DNA of 64,000 nt, taken from the NCBI GenBank assembly GCA_041489255.1, contig JBGPQV010000006.1, forward strand, positions 32,001 through 96,000. The letters run 5' to 3'. Numbering within the stretch: the stretch's first letter is position 1; each line of letters opens with the position of its first letter. This DNA comes from Thermoplasmata archaeon (GTDB lineage Archaea > Thermoplasmatota > Thermoplasmata > RBG-16-68-12 > JAFNFQ01). Under the pieces are notes generated by a model that was given only the letters and a program-made list of their open reading frames with translations, did no database searches and was not told the DNA's origin. Positions 17,101 to 27,500 of this stretch are shown here, piece by piece. Made by a program: the position numbers and the translations under genes.

Positions 17101-20100
17101 CTCCGACGTACATCTTCGGGTTGGTTACGTGAGACGAGCTGTAGTATGTCCTGAATCGGAAGTCCCAGCTGCTGTCATCGCTCGCCCTTCCGCCACCATA
17201 ACCACCCGGGCTGGCGTAGTACCAGTACACACAATCATAATCGGGATAACCTCCGACTATCAACTTCAGCTTGTAGACCTCGCTGGGCGTGATGGAGAGC
17301 GCTGGGCTGAAATAGAAATCCCGCCATTGCTGAGTATGGCCGCTGTGACCCAAAGGCACGCCCGACGAGCGTCCGATAAACGAGTCGGACGAGTCGAGAA
17401 CATCAACGAGGACGGAAATGCCCTCCCAAGTGCCGACATATGCCCCGAAGAAAAGCTGAACGCGCACAAGACTCGAAACTGAAGGCGTGAAACTCTGCCA
17501 ATGCGTCGAATCGGAGCCCTCTATCTCGAGAATCTCACTGCCCGTCTGCTGAGCCTGATCGAGAAGGTAGGTCGTCCCGCCATCTATGTCGACGGTTGCC
17601 TTGTAGATATACCGTTTCACTGGTCCCGACACTGGTAGCTGTATCTGGACATTCTGACTTCCAGGACCAGAGAAATCCAGAGACAACGTGGATGCTCCTC
17701 CGTAAAACGTGGTGACGTGCAAATTGTCAATCGCCACAAGCAGGACCTTGTCCACGTAGACCGGGTCACCGCTCTCCTGGGTTCCCTTCACGGTCGTTGC
17801 TCCATCACGGACAAGCTCGAGATCCTCGCTGGAGAACCACTGGTATGTCTTGTTGTCAACATCAATCTCGGTGACATCCCCATTCCAGTCGATCTTCAGC
17901 ATGCCGCAAGTCCCACTCCAAGGACATCGCGCTTTCACCAGCAACTTGTAAGATTGGGTAGCATAGCCAAGATGCCACTCCACCTTGAAGATCTCACCGT
18001 TTGTCTCCGTCGCCTTGGCCGCGAATCCCTTGCTCGCGTTGCCCGCAGAGTCATTCACGCTCACGCCGGAGGTACCTTCAGTGTAATTCTCTGCCTCCCA
18101 CCAGTACACTCCAGAAAGCCCCTCGTCTCCGTCAGTCAGGTTGTCGCCGTCAACATCGGGATTCAAGGGAGAGAGACCGTTCCACCAGGGCCCGCTCACA
18201 GGAACAGACCAATCCCCGGGCTTCATGTAGTTGTATTCAACCAAGTTCGTCGCCCCGTCCTTGTCTGGATCGCCATCGGGGCCATTGCGCGCGGTACCGT
18301 TTTCGTTCCTGATCTCGTAGGTGAAGTCGGCTTTGCGTACATAGAGAGCCGTCCCGTCGTCCAGCAGGTCGATGCCGAAGGAATACTCCCAGCCATCCGG
18401 CAGAGCGTCTCCATCTGTGTCCCAGTCGGAGGGATCCGACGTGAGCTGATACTCCCTGAGGTTCGAGATGCCGTCGTTGTCTTCATCGTCGAGCGCGTCC
18501 GAGGGGTTGAGCGGGTCAAAATCAAAGCATATTTCGTAGCCGTCCGGCATGCCGTCGGCGTCCGTGTCAGAGAGCGAGGCGTTCGTGCCCAGGTAAAGTG
18601 CCTCGATGCCGTCCTTGAGCGTGTCTGAATCAGAATCGTTGCTCACGGGACTCGAACCAGAGGAAAGCTCGCCGACGAACCTGACGGTGCCGTTTCCATA
18701 GTTTATGTAGTCTATGTCCCCCATCGATCGGAAGTACCAGAAGAGCTCGGACCCGTACGTCGTCGTCACGTTGTACCCGTCGATCAGATCGTCATCGTCG
18801 CTGTCGGGATGCTTGGGATCGCTCTTGAATCCGACCTCAAGTCCGTCAACGAGACCGTCATCATCCCAGTCCGCGTCGGCTGGATCCGTGTTCTCTGTGC
18901 GATCCACGACAGTACCGTTGGGGAGAATCACCTGGATTTGGTAGCCGAAGATTTCTTGCATGTCGCTCAGTCTGTCACCGTCCGTGTCGCTGAGGAGCGG
19001 GTCTGAACCCACGTCTCCTTCTCCAACGAACGTGACCGTACCGTTGCCGTTGTCGATGTACGGCAAGTGGTAGCCCTCGTAATACGAGAAGTCCGCCGAG
19101 TTGTTGCCAACTGTCTTGTTGGTTCCGTCGAGAAGTCCGTCCGCGTCAGAATCCGGGTGCCACGGATCCCTCCCAAGAAACGACTCTTTGTTATTGTAGC
19201 CCGGGAGAGGTTCGTTGGTCGCGTCGATGTCCGAGCTGTTGTTGGGGGTGAAGCGATAGTACGTCGCTCCTTCGCGCCCCCACACGTAGATTTCGTCTGC
19301 TTTGTTAGACCGGAAGACTGGCGCGCCGTCTGTCAATGTATGTACTTGGTCCCAGTCAAACGCCTTGATGTTCGCGTTCTGGCCTCCTGAGGTCAACCAG
19401 ACTATTCGGTCATCCCACACGTTTGGCATCCAGCCTCCGGAAACAAGCTCGGTCCGGGTTCGCGTCGTGATGTTGTACAGCACGACGGTCGCGCTTGAGT
19501 TCCACGTATCTTGCCAGACGACGTTTTCACCCGAGAGTTCTGGTTCCTCGCTAGATGCGTTGCCACTGCTCAGAGTCCTCACTTCGTTACTCCTCAGGTC
19601 CAGCAGGTACACGTTGCTGCTCGTGTTCGACCCATATACATCGTTCCACACGACATCGTCTCCCCATAGCCGAGGATGTTCCAGCTCCGTTGAGCCCCGC
19701 ACGAGATATCTGCCGCCGCTCGGCTCGTGGAGGTACAGTCCGTAAAGGCCCTCCAGCTTGTCGATCCAAGCCACCCTGTTGCCAAACACCACTGGCCCAC
19801 GTCCGCTTTCATTTACGAGGGAGGGGGCTCCGACAGACGAATTGGTCAGCTTCGACTCAGTCCCGCTCGGGATGTCGTATGCGTAGACATCCCATCGTTG
19901 TCCGTTTGTCTCGTTCCCGTTTCTGGAATCCGACCATACGACCGTCCTCCCGAAGACGGAGGGGTAGCGCTGGTCGTGACTTTCGTTTGTCAACCGGGTC
20001 GTGTTCCCTGTCGTAATGTCATAGAGATAGATGTCCCAACCGGCACTTGCATTCCTTGCGTCCTCCCACACGACATAGTTCTCCCAAATGGATGGTGCCG

Positions 20101-23100
20101 TCTGGTTGCCCGAATCGGTCGTGATTCTGGTTTCCACGTTAGATGATAGGTTGTGGAGATAGACGTCCCAGCCGGCGCTCTGGTTTCTCATGTCGGCCCA
20201 GACGATCAGGTCTCTCCATATTCTTGCGGCGGAACGTTCTGCGCCGCCTGTCGTCACGTCTGCGTCGATGTCTCCTGGGGTTGACATGCCATATTTCCTG
20301 TTACCTGTGTCGTTCAGGTAGATCCATTTGAACCCTTGCTGGGTTCCATAGCTGCCCGTCTCCTTTGCACCCTTGCTGACGTTCGTCCTGAACCGGATAG
20401 ACAGGAATTCCTGGCCGTCTGGCCGCCCGTCCTTGTCCCCGTCAGCCACACGAGGTTTCGTGCCATAAGCGTACTCTTGAGCGTTCGTCAAGCCGTCCGA
20501 GTCGGGGTTCTGGTCGCCGTCCGCAACACTGGGATTCAAGTCGTAGTCCGGGTCGCTCGCCAGGTTCTTCATTTGCCTCTCCCAGCCGTCGGGCATAGTG
20601 TCGCCATCTGTGTCAGGATTGAGCGGGTTCGTCCCCTCCGACCTCTCTCCGAATCGTGGAGTCGTGCATCTGCGGTACCACGGCTGGATCGTGTCCACGG
20701 TGGTGCCGTCCCAGAGACCGTCACCGTCTGTATCGAAATTCAGCGGATCTGTTCCGATGCTCAACTCCCCTTCGTGGTATTCCCCCAAGTAGCTGCCGCT
20801 GTATCCGTCCCAGAGCCCGTCGCAGTCTGTGTCTGGCATTGTAAGGTTAGTGTGCGTGTTGTTCCATTCGGAGTAATCCCCAGCCCCATCTCCATCTGTG
20901 TCTACAGCGAAGGGGTTGCTTCCGATCCCCAGTTCGTCGCCATCCAGCAGCCCGTCATTGTCTACGTCCGAGTCGAAAGGATTGAGACCTGACCGCGCAA
21001 GAGCGAGAGAAGTAAAATTGAGGGAGACATTGGCGTCGAGTTCGAGCGAATTGAGAGTGTATCTAGCGGTGTATGTGCCCGCCGTGAGGTGCATGGCGTT
21101 CATGTAGAGCCATGTGTCGTTGGAGAATACGCGTCCGTCGGATGACGAAGAGTTGAGAACAGAACCTTCCAGACGGTAGCCGAGGGGGGTCCAGGTCAGG
21201 GGAGGCTGTCCGCTTATGCAGCTCTCCTGAGTCCCCTTGCACAGCTTGACGATAGACGAGTTCTCCAGGTAAGTCTCGTCCTCGCCCAAGATGTGCTTCT
21301 CGTCCCATAACCTTGAGGAGTTGTAGCGAGACTCGTTTCTGCCGACGCTGGAAGAGAAATGCCAGCGGAGCATGTAGTCGTCTTCAGCGAGAATAACGAA
21401 CTCACCAGTTGCGTTCCCACTGTTGTCGACTAACTCGTTCATGTCTTCCCTGTAAACTGTTATGTAGTCCACCGCCTCATAGTCGCTTGCGCCGTCGGCG
21501 TCCCAGTCCGCTTCGTCCGGATGCGTCCCGATGGCCACCTCCATTCCGTCTGTCAGGTGGTCCCCGTCTACATCGGCGTTCTTGGCGTTTGCAATGGCCA
21601 GCTGTAACCAGTCTGAGTGTTGCAGCCAGTATCTGTCCTTCCAATAATCGACCTCCGCCTTGTCGTGCAGTCCGTCCCCGTCGGTGTCGTTGCGAAGGGG
21701 TGCCAGACCCCAGCAATACTCAACCGCATCGGAAAGCCCGTCCATGTCCACGTCGTCGGTCAGCAACATCAGGGTTGTCCTTGCCCACGCCTCAGCGCCA
21801 TCAAGTCGAATCCTGAACTCGCCTGGATCCCTGAACACCGTCCCGTTCGCCGTTATGGCCACTTCGGGATTCTTCTCACCTTGGGCGAGATTCAGGTCGA
21901 AAGTGAAATTGTACCAGACCGAAACGTTGGCGAAGCTGTTTCCAAGGCCTGCTGTGCTGAAAGCTGCACTGTACGGCAATACCGTCCCCCAGCTTGACTG
22001 TGTCTTCAAGGTGAGATTGACCGCATTAGATAGGTTGCCTCCTGAGGAAGCGTTCGTCCAGGCCACAGCATGAATGGAGACGGTGATGTTGCCTGACGGG
22101 AAAGTTGAGAGATCGAGGGAATCGCTGGAGTCGGCGTGGTAAATGGATTCGCTCAATCTGAGATAACCGACCAGGAACGCCGTGTTGTATTCCATTGCGT
22201 CATTCAACCCGTCTCCGTCCGTATCCCCATTCGTCGGGTCGCTGTGCATGTTCATCTCAGTGCCGTCGGGTACGCCGTCATCATCCGTATCGCTGTCGAG
22301 AGGATCGGGTATCTGCAGAAGACCGAGGCTGGTCGAGGCGCCTTCCATTGCGAACTCGGGGTATCTGTATCGGTCCCCTCCCTGGCAGGAATATCCGTCG
22401 CACGGATGCTCGTACACTGGATAATCGTAGACAGCGGAGTCATACGCCGGGAAGTAGTCGAACTTCAGCTCGCGACCGTCATAGGCAAAGTCGTTGTCTG
22501 AGTCCTTGTCGAGGATGTTCGGCACCCAATCCCCATCGGTGTCGACCGAGGTCGCGTCGAGATAGCGGCTGTTCAGGTAGATGAGTTCGAGCAGATCTGA
22601 CACCCTGTCATCGTCGGCGTCTTTGAGATTGGGATCGGGGTCAGAGAGGGCGGCTGGCAGCAGTGATGCGTTGACCTTGATGCGGACGTTAGAGTTCTCC
22701 AGAACGAATTCCTGAGGCTGTCCGAGGTTTTCCTTGTCGACCGTCAGCAAGAACCGGCCGGCAAGGCTGCCGTCTCGATTGTAAATCTCTATGGGCGTCT
22801 GGTGAACGACATACGCCTTCGAAATGCTTTCGTCGATGGCTTGGCCCTCGCTAATGTATGAGTTCAGGGAAGCCGGAACGCGGTATCCCGCGTGCGGGAA
22901 GATCTCGCCGTTGGCCAGGTGATACCGGCTCATGACCAAGAACCATTCAGTATAGTTGTACTGCCGCTTCGGCTCGATGGAGGTCAAGATGAGCTGGACG
23001 AGGCTGTTGTTGGTCCCGTCTCGCAGACCGTCGCCGTCTGTGTCAGGATTCCCCGGAACGGTTGCATTCTCGAACTCGCCAATGTTGGCCAAGCCGTCGT

Positions 23101-24397
23101 TGTCAGGGTCGCCTTGCGCACCCTCCGTTCCGTTGGGGTCATAGGGATCCAGCCCGTTCTCAGTCTCCCATACGTTGGGCAGTCCGTCCCCGTCCGTGTC
23201 ATTGGAGAGCCTGGGGGAACTGACGAACACATCTCGTGACAGTCTATTGTCCTCTTTCTCCTCTTCGATGAGATTGCGATCGTCCACAACCACATGCAGC
23301 CGATGATTCCCATAGTCCCCCCACGTGTTCCAGGCTAGCGAAACGTATGACACCTCATGCGGGTTCAACGTCAGGGTCGTGAAGTCTCTCCATCCGTCCA
23401 ATTGATCGACGAAGAGCGCAACCCGCGCCCTCTCTGCCCTCCCCTCGCCTATGTTGGTCACCCTCGTTGTCACCTGGACAATCTGGCCTTCCACTGGGTC
23501 CGGGTCGGAGAGGTTGAGGACAGGCGGGCTTTGAATCAGGTCTGGCAATGGTGCACGCACTGGATATGCGCCTGCGCCCAAGTCATAGAATGCGACCCTG
23601 TAGCGCACCGAGTTCTCCGTTCTCAAGCGGAACGTGTCCACGCCAGGGGGCAGCGTCACGTTTACATAGCCGTCCTCCACGAAGCCCCACCTGGATACGT
23701 TGCCTCCTTTCATCGCCATGTACTCTATTCTGGCGCTCGTGGGAGAGGTCACGATTGCTGTATGAGAATGCCCAGTGGGAAGAAGAATGACGCTGCGCCA
23801 GCCCTTCACAGACCCATCAAAACGCTGATACTCGTCCCAGTAAGTGTATCCAGCCGCGACAAATGCATTCAGGGTGTTGTTCATCCGGCCGTCGTAGGGC
23901 ACCTTCTCGAGAGTCAGGAATAGGCCTTGAGCGAAGAACGAGAGCGTGACGTCATTCGGAGCGGGAATGGAGAACACGGTCGTACCGGTTTCGATGTCCC
24001 CGTAGAACAGGCCATTCACTGTCAGGCCAGTGTAGTAAGTTCCCGCCTTCACGAATCTTGCTTCGAGGGTGACGTTCGATGTGATGTTGTACACGTGCAG
24101 GAATACCATATCAGGCCCTGCGTAGAACTTCGAATACGGCAAGGCGGATAGATTCACGTACTCGTTTATCTGTCCCCTAGCCTTCATCGTCACCGATAGA
24201 ATCATCAACATGGTGGCCGTGACAGCGAAGGCGACTGGTCTAAGCCGATTCCTCCGCCACGCCCGCCTGCATTCTAGGGCATTCTCACCCGTTGCACGAA
24301 CATCTTCAACTCCCGGAAAACAGCTCCCTGCGACCGCGTTCAACGAGCTCATATCGATCCTCCTCTCTCTGCGAACGATTCCTCCTTCTCGCAGCAC
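14198..24397 (-). CDS. Giant (about 3400 aa) secreted/surface protein: CARDB, many DxDxDG Ca-binding repeats, beta-propeller, hydrophobic multi-helix C-terminus
   Basis: N-terminal hydrophobic segment; CARDB (TRVTNIG...LHVVVDDRNLIEE); dozens of DTDGDGLxDGxE...GTxPxxxD units; IWENYVVWEDARN..WDIYLYD propeller blades. Exact start uncertain. Confidence 0.92.
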   Translation of the reverse strand: MLREGGIVRRERRIDMSSLNAVAGSCFPGVEDVRATGENALECRRAWRRNRLRPVAFAVTATMLMILSVTMKARGQINEYVNLSALPYSKFYAGPDMVFLHVYNITSNVTLEARFVKAGTYYTGLTVNGLFYGDIETGTTVFSIPAPNDVTLSFFAQGLFLTLEKVPYDGRMNNTLNAFVAAGYTYWDEYQRFDGSVKGWRSVILLPTGHSHTAIVTSPTSARIEYMAMKGGNVSRWGFVEDGYVNVTLPPGVDTFRLRTENSVRYRVAFYDLGAGAYPVRAPLPDLIQSPPVLNLSDPDPVEGQIVQVTTRVTNIGEGRAERARVALFVDQLDGWRDFTTLTLNPHEVSYVSLAWNTWGDYGNHRLHVVVDDRNLIEEEKEDNRLSRDVFVSSPRLSNDTDGDGLPNVWETENGLDPYDPNGTEGAQGDPDNDGLANIGEFENATVPGNPDTDGDGLRDGTNNSLVQLILTSIEPKRQYNYTEWFLVMSRYHLANGEIFPHAGYRVPASLNSYISEGQAIDESISKAYVVHQTPIEIYNRDGSLAGRFLLTVDKENLGQPQEFVLENSNVRIKVNASLLPAALSDPDPNLKDADDDRVSDLLELIYLNSRYLDATSVDTDGDWVPNILDKDSDNDFAYDGRELKFDYFPAYDSAVYDYPVYEHPCDGYSCQGGDRYRYPEFAMEGASTSLGLLQIPDPLDSDTDDDGVPDGTEMNMHSDPTNGDTDGDGLNDAMEYNTAFLVGYLRLSESIYHADSSDSLDLSTFPSGNITVSIHAVAWTNASSGGNLSNAVNLTLKTQSSWGTVLPYSAAFSTAGLGNSFANVSVWYNFTFDLNLAQGEKNPEVAITANGTVFRDPGEFRIRLDGAEAWARTTLMLLTDDVDMDGLSDAVEYCWGLAPLRNDTDGDGLHDKAEVDYWKDRYWLQHSDWLQLAIANAKNADVDGDHLTDGMEVAIGTHPDEADWDADGASDYEAVDYITVYREDMNELVDNSGNATGEFVILAEDDYMLRWHFSSSVGRNESRYNSSRLWDEKHILGEDETYLENSSIVKLCKGTQESCISGQPPLTWTPLGYRLEGSVLNSSSSDGRVFSNDTWLYMNAMHLTAGTYTARYTLNSLELDANVSLNFTSLALARSGLNPFDSDVDNDGLLDGDELGIGSNPFAVDTDGDGAGDYSEWNNTHTNLTMPDTDCDGLWDGYSGSYLGEYHEGELSIGTDPLNFDTDGDGLWDGTTVDTIQPWYRRCTTPRFGERSEGTNPLNPDTDGDTMPDGWERQMKNLASDPDYDLNPSVADGDQNPDSDGLTNAQEYAYGTKPRVADGDKDGRPDGQEFLSIRFRTNVSKGAKETGSYGTQQGFKWIYLNDTGNRKYGMSTPGDIDADVTTGGAERSAARIWRDLIVWADMRNQSAGWDVYLHNLSSNVETRITTDSGNQTAPSIWENYVVWEDARNASAGWDIYLYDITTGNTTRLTNESHDQRYPSVFGRTVVWSDSRNGNETNGQRWDVYAYDIPSGTESKLTNSSVGAPSLVNESGRGPVVFGNRVAWIDKLEGLYGLYLHEPSGGRYLVRGSTELEHPRLWGDDVVWNDVYGSNTSSNVYLLDLRSNEVRTLSSGNASSEEPELSGENVVWQDTWNSSATVVLYNITTRTRTELVSGGWMPNVWDDRIVWLTSGGQNANIKAFDWDQVHTLTDGAPVFRSNKADEIYVWGREGATYYRFTPNNSSDIDATNEPLPGYNNKESFLGRDPWHPDSDADGLLDGTNKTVGNNSADFSYYEGYHLPYIDNGNGTVTFVGEGDVGSDPLLSDTDGDRLSDMQEIFGYQIQVILPNGTVVDRTENTDPADADWDDDGLVDGLEVGFKSDPKHPDSDDDDLIDGYNVTTTYGSELFWYFRSMGDIDYINYGNGTVRFVGELSSGSSPVSNDSDSDTLKDGIEALYLGTNASLSDTDADGMPDGYEICFDFDPLNPSDALDDEDNDGISNLREYQLTSDPSDWDTDGDALPDGWEYSFGIDLLDDGTALYVRKADFTYEIRNENGTARNGPDGDPDKDGATNLVEYNYMKPGDWSVPVSGPWWNGLSPLNPDVDGDNLTDGDEGLSGVYWWEAENYTEGTSGVSVNDSAGNASKGFAAKATETNGEIFKVEWHLGYATQSYKLLVKARCPWSGTCGMLKIDWNGDVTEIDVDNKTYQWFSSEDLELVRDGATTVKGTQESGDPVYVDKVLLVAIDNLHVTTFYGGASTLSLDFSGPGSQNVQIQLPVSGPVKRYIYKATVDIDGGTTYLLDQAQQTGSEILEIEGSDSTHWQSFTPSVSSLVRVQLFFGAYVGTWEGISVLVDVLDSSDSFIGRSSGVPLGHSGHTQQWRDFYFSPALSITPSEVYKLKLIVGGYPDYDCVYWYYASPGGYGGGRASDDSSWDFRFRTYYSSSHVTNPKMYVGDDTNSSWWWQDGEFSSTDTTLDLAGKLNSELFMHPSGLLTLRFSTESAGKLTLRNLKIDLWPYVSDPRDRDTDGDNLTDFAERYASNTSSIRPDSDNDDWSDWRELTTDLNTSKSGMQQTSPVDIDTDNDQSIDSLDPDPLVADGDYDGLLDGWERKLGTLYYDPDTDNDGLSDGYSIVYEEGSDGYWMMMNNSVLRVSAGENKWRFLGETSFRTNRLLSDTDGDGLQDGAEANGTAKTDPLDFDTDHDGLLDGEDIHLTSGPLFEKFRAGGIVYFGEWFRGELDAPDGASNQTDADTDDDGLPDGYEVRYGMDPTDNGTVDKDQGPDGDLDEDELTTGEEFYLKTNPNQSDTDGDSFEDGWEYSQGLDPLHSGTRHYFRLANWSMDWYAESNGAQGRYGDFDSDGESNYGELVNGTAVASPDTDGDGLIDGETMTMSIYSPLFTAWIGKGIPYEEQPSSQAKFHGERGWNTNPLVYDCDGDGASDGQEVYGYKVTVTWYEGTNLKSKELVVKGHPWGKYSAPDNATLLDLDEDGIFDRDEIDPVNATVGSPARQFYNYYHGRNESMIKDQFNPFIRETIPPLLLEAYVESRETWGWCVLWQVCRSWTEVRVRVLDVAAYTVMVTVTDNWRSASFSGTGDQWFTAEIDIDYWTDTLDKYIVRVDARDISGNAMNPPWEQEKRGPLVFIGDLVRWFGSVAAAFVDLIAKALSFLVDLIVNAFRATAEFLFSPVANALNAWTANVVGAVEQVFKRHSPPFVESNVALAVSLVIKALMSNEFMTMVAVISGITMLVSAILYVLFAFSFVFDVIIGLIAGLISSVIAVAMGGNDDGRFDNTNDQSLALDIYGSRGWWEPPPYFAVFMYGVIFGVISMIYAILGAVAGKEVGVIGAAGIVITMVSVVFSAMATNPQYTEEERRNYGMTGLGLDLTGTGLDALCLAASNPGAKLVGGIGVGFGVGALVLNIFS

Positions 24398-24561
24398 GCC
24401 GGTGATGGCAAGAAATGCACTTAAGCCTTACGGATGTCCGTCCTGGAACTGGCAGCGGCGACCACGTGATGGGGTGTTGGTGTTCTGGCATCCGCTTCTT
24501 GACTCGAAGGACTGTTCTGAGCGGTCATATCTTGGGCAGTTACATGACGGCCTGCCGCTTG

Positions 24562-27500
24562 TCACCGATTCTTCGGCGCACCCGCTTCCCCTGTTCCCGA
24601 TGGTTTTGTCCTCACTATCCGGAGAATCGAGACAACCGTTCCGGCCAGGAGAATCGCCAGATCGACTGCGGTCCCCGCTCCAAGCAGCGGCGGCATCGAC
24701 AACTGCCCGGTGACGAGAGACACCACACCGGTCCCCGCCTCCGCGATTATGAACGGCAACGAGGCGGTCATGAACGCCTTCGCCACAGCCTTCTTGTTCT
24801 TCCCGCCCCTCCACGGTTTCCTCTTGGAAGACCAAGTTCCAACAACTGCCAGGATGATTGCGAAAATGAGCGCGATTATCGGCTTGTAGTTCACCGCCAC
24901 CTCGGGCGGTGTCGTCGTCCCCTCCACCGTCACAACGAGCCACCTCTCCGTCTCCGTGTTGTTCAGCATGTCGTTGGAGTAGTAGGAGATGTTGTGAGCG
25001 CCCTCGGGAAGGGTGAAGCCCCCAGAGTACACCGTCCAGCTCCCGCCATCGATCCTGTACCTGGTGACGTTCACGCCGCATCCAGAGTCGGTGGCGGTGA
25101 GAGTGAAGACGGTGGCGGTAGTGTAGGGGCCATTGGCGGGGGAGAAGGTCGTGATTGGCGGGGAGTCGTCGAGGATCAGCGTCTCGTTCTGTATCGTCTC
25201 GCTGTTCCCGAGGTAGTCGTGAGAGAGTAGCTCGATGAACCATGTGCCATCCCTCCCCGCCAGATTAAGAGAGGATGTGTACGCTTCCCAAGACGTCCAC
25301 GTCCCGTCCCAGAGATGGAAGAGTGTGGTGTTGGAACCCACGCCGCCATCAACCGTAGAGAGAGTGATGTCCGTCGAGGACCTGACGAATGTGCCGCCGA
25401 CCAAGTGCTTCGGCTCACCGATCGAGATGGCGGTGGCGGGAGGAGTGTCGTCCACCGTCAGGTCCATCGAGCTGACCTCCTCCAGGTTCTCTGCCCAGTC
25501 CAGCGACCGCCACTCTATCGTGTGCATGCCTTCCCCCGCCAGGAAGAACGTGCCCGCAGCGGTGTAGTTGACCGGATTCCCGCCATCGATGATGTACGTG
25601 GTGTTCCTTATCCCGAGCCCGCTCTGGTCGAGGATGGAGAAATCGAGGGGTGTGGTGGACTTGACGTACGTTACGGTGGAGGTGTAGTTGGGCTGACCGA
25701 TGATGAGCGAAGTGATCGGACCGGGGACGACATTCACCGTCCACGTGTAAACGTTGTTGAGCTCACTCGACTCCGTCACGTTGTCTTCGGAGTCCACGAC
25801 TGCGGAGACTGAGCAGGAGCATTGCGTGGAGGGCGATGTCCATGATGTGGTGAAGGGACCGGAGGTGCCGCCGGCGGGGATGGGGGGCACCTGGAAGGAG
25901 GCGAAAGGCGTCGTCGGCGCGAGGGAGTCGAAGAAGGAGAGGGTGGAATAGGCGCTCGCGTTCCCGCCCTGGTTCCTCGCCTCTACCGACAGCTGGATGA
26001 GAAGGGAGAGGCCAATCGTCTGGGGCGAGGGTGGTTGCGGATTGGCAGGGACGTAGTCCGGCGGCGTCATGAAGCCCGCGACCGCCTCTGCGACATTCTT
26101 GGATCCTTCGACGTTGGTCGCATTGTCCGTGGCAATCGTGTGGAACTTGTAGTTGCCCTCCCCATCCGGGAAAGGAAACGGCCACGACCACGCCGGGGAG
26201 GTCATCGTCCCGAACGAGGTCCATTGGCCCCACGACGCGTTGCCGAGGGGAGCATGTGAGTAAAGGAGGGTCACGTTCGCAACGCCGCTCAGGCCGTCCG
26301 TGGCGGTTGCATGCACCATCAGGGATGGCGTGGTGTGCCAGTACGGCGAGATCGGCATGGCGGTCGAGACCGGCGGGGTGACGTCGTATCCCGTGGTAGC
26401 GTCTGCGGTCGGCGGGGGCGGCTCAGAATTCCCCACATTGTCGAACGCCGTCGTGTGAAACTCATAGTATCCCTCTCCCGTCGGGAATGAGAATGACCAA
26501 GACCAAGGAGCCGAGGTGAGAGTGGAATAGCGCGACCAAGAGGCCCATGTCGAGTTGTCGATGCTGTGACGGAGCCAAAGGGTGACGTTCGCGATGCCGG
26601 AACCTCGATCCATGACCATGGCACCTATTTGAAGCGGCTGGGAATTTCGCCAATACGGCGTTATCGGATCAACGCTGGAAGAAGGGGGAACGGTGTCCGG
26701 CCACACTTGCCAGGCATGTCCCACGGGCAATCGGGTCGGGTTCGGCATTAAGACTTGCCCGTACAATATGTGAGGTGCACCGAGCGGATCAAGGCCAAGC
26801 GTCAGGTGGCCAGAGATACCGGGTGATGACTGGACGTTCTCTGCAAACCAATGCGTCCCGTCTGAGTATGCGTACATGAGACTCCCATCCGTGTGATCCA
26901 TGAACGAGACGCTCGGGAGATCGCGCCAGTCGAGGGCCAGGGAGATTCTGCCAAAACCGATATGGAACGAGGAAGGCGGCCATACGTAGACATCTTGATG
27001 AAGCCACGCCTTGAACATGGCATCGTACCTGGCATACCGATGTCTCTCTTTTGTTGCGTCGCTATATACGATGTGGGGAACGTCATTTGAATCTAGCTTC
27101 AGGGACAGATCCTCAAGTGCTGAACCGTCCGAAGGCGCGTTTGCCTGTTGATTCGACCATCCGGAACCGTTCCAGCTTAGGTATCTTAAACCTCCCGGCG
27201 GTGCACCTTCCATCAAGCGCAGGACGGCGATGTGAGGATGCCCTGTACAGTCAACCACGATCGGAGCAATGTCGCCAGGGAAAGGCCAGCCCTTTCCGAC
27301 TGTTTCGATTGTCCATCCACTGCCATTCCTGGTGGCATGCTGTAAGTAGCTCCAGAAAGGAGGAACCGAGGTGCAGTAGTTCCAGTAAGTGATGTGGATC
27401 ATGCCCTTCGTGTCCATGGCAAGAGATGTGATGTAGGCGGTGCAGTTCACCTGCTCCACTGTTTCGTTGAAAAAGAATGCGCCGACACGGTAGGCATATC

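Noticed and set aside
15650-23200. Recurrent GTCGCCGTC/CCGTCCGTGTC-like DNA repeats
   Set aside because: They are the codons of DxDxDG calcium-binding protein repeats, not an independent DNA repeat system.
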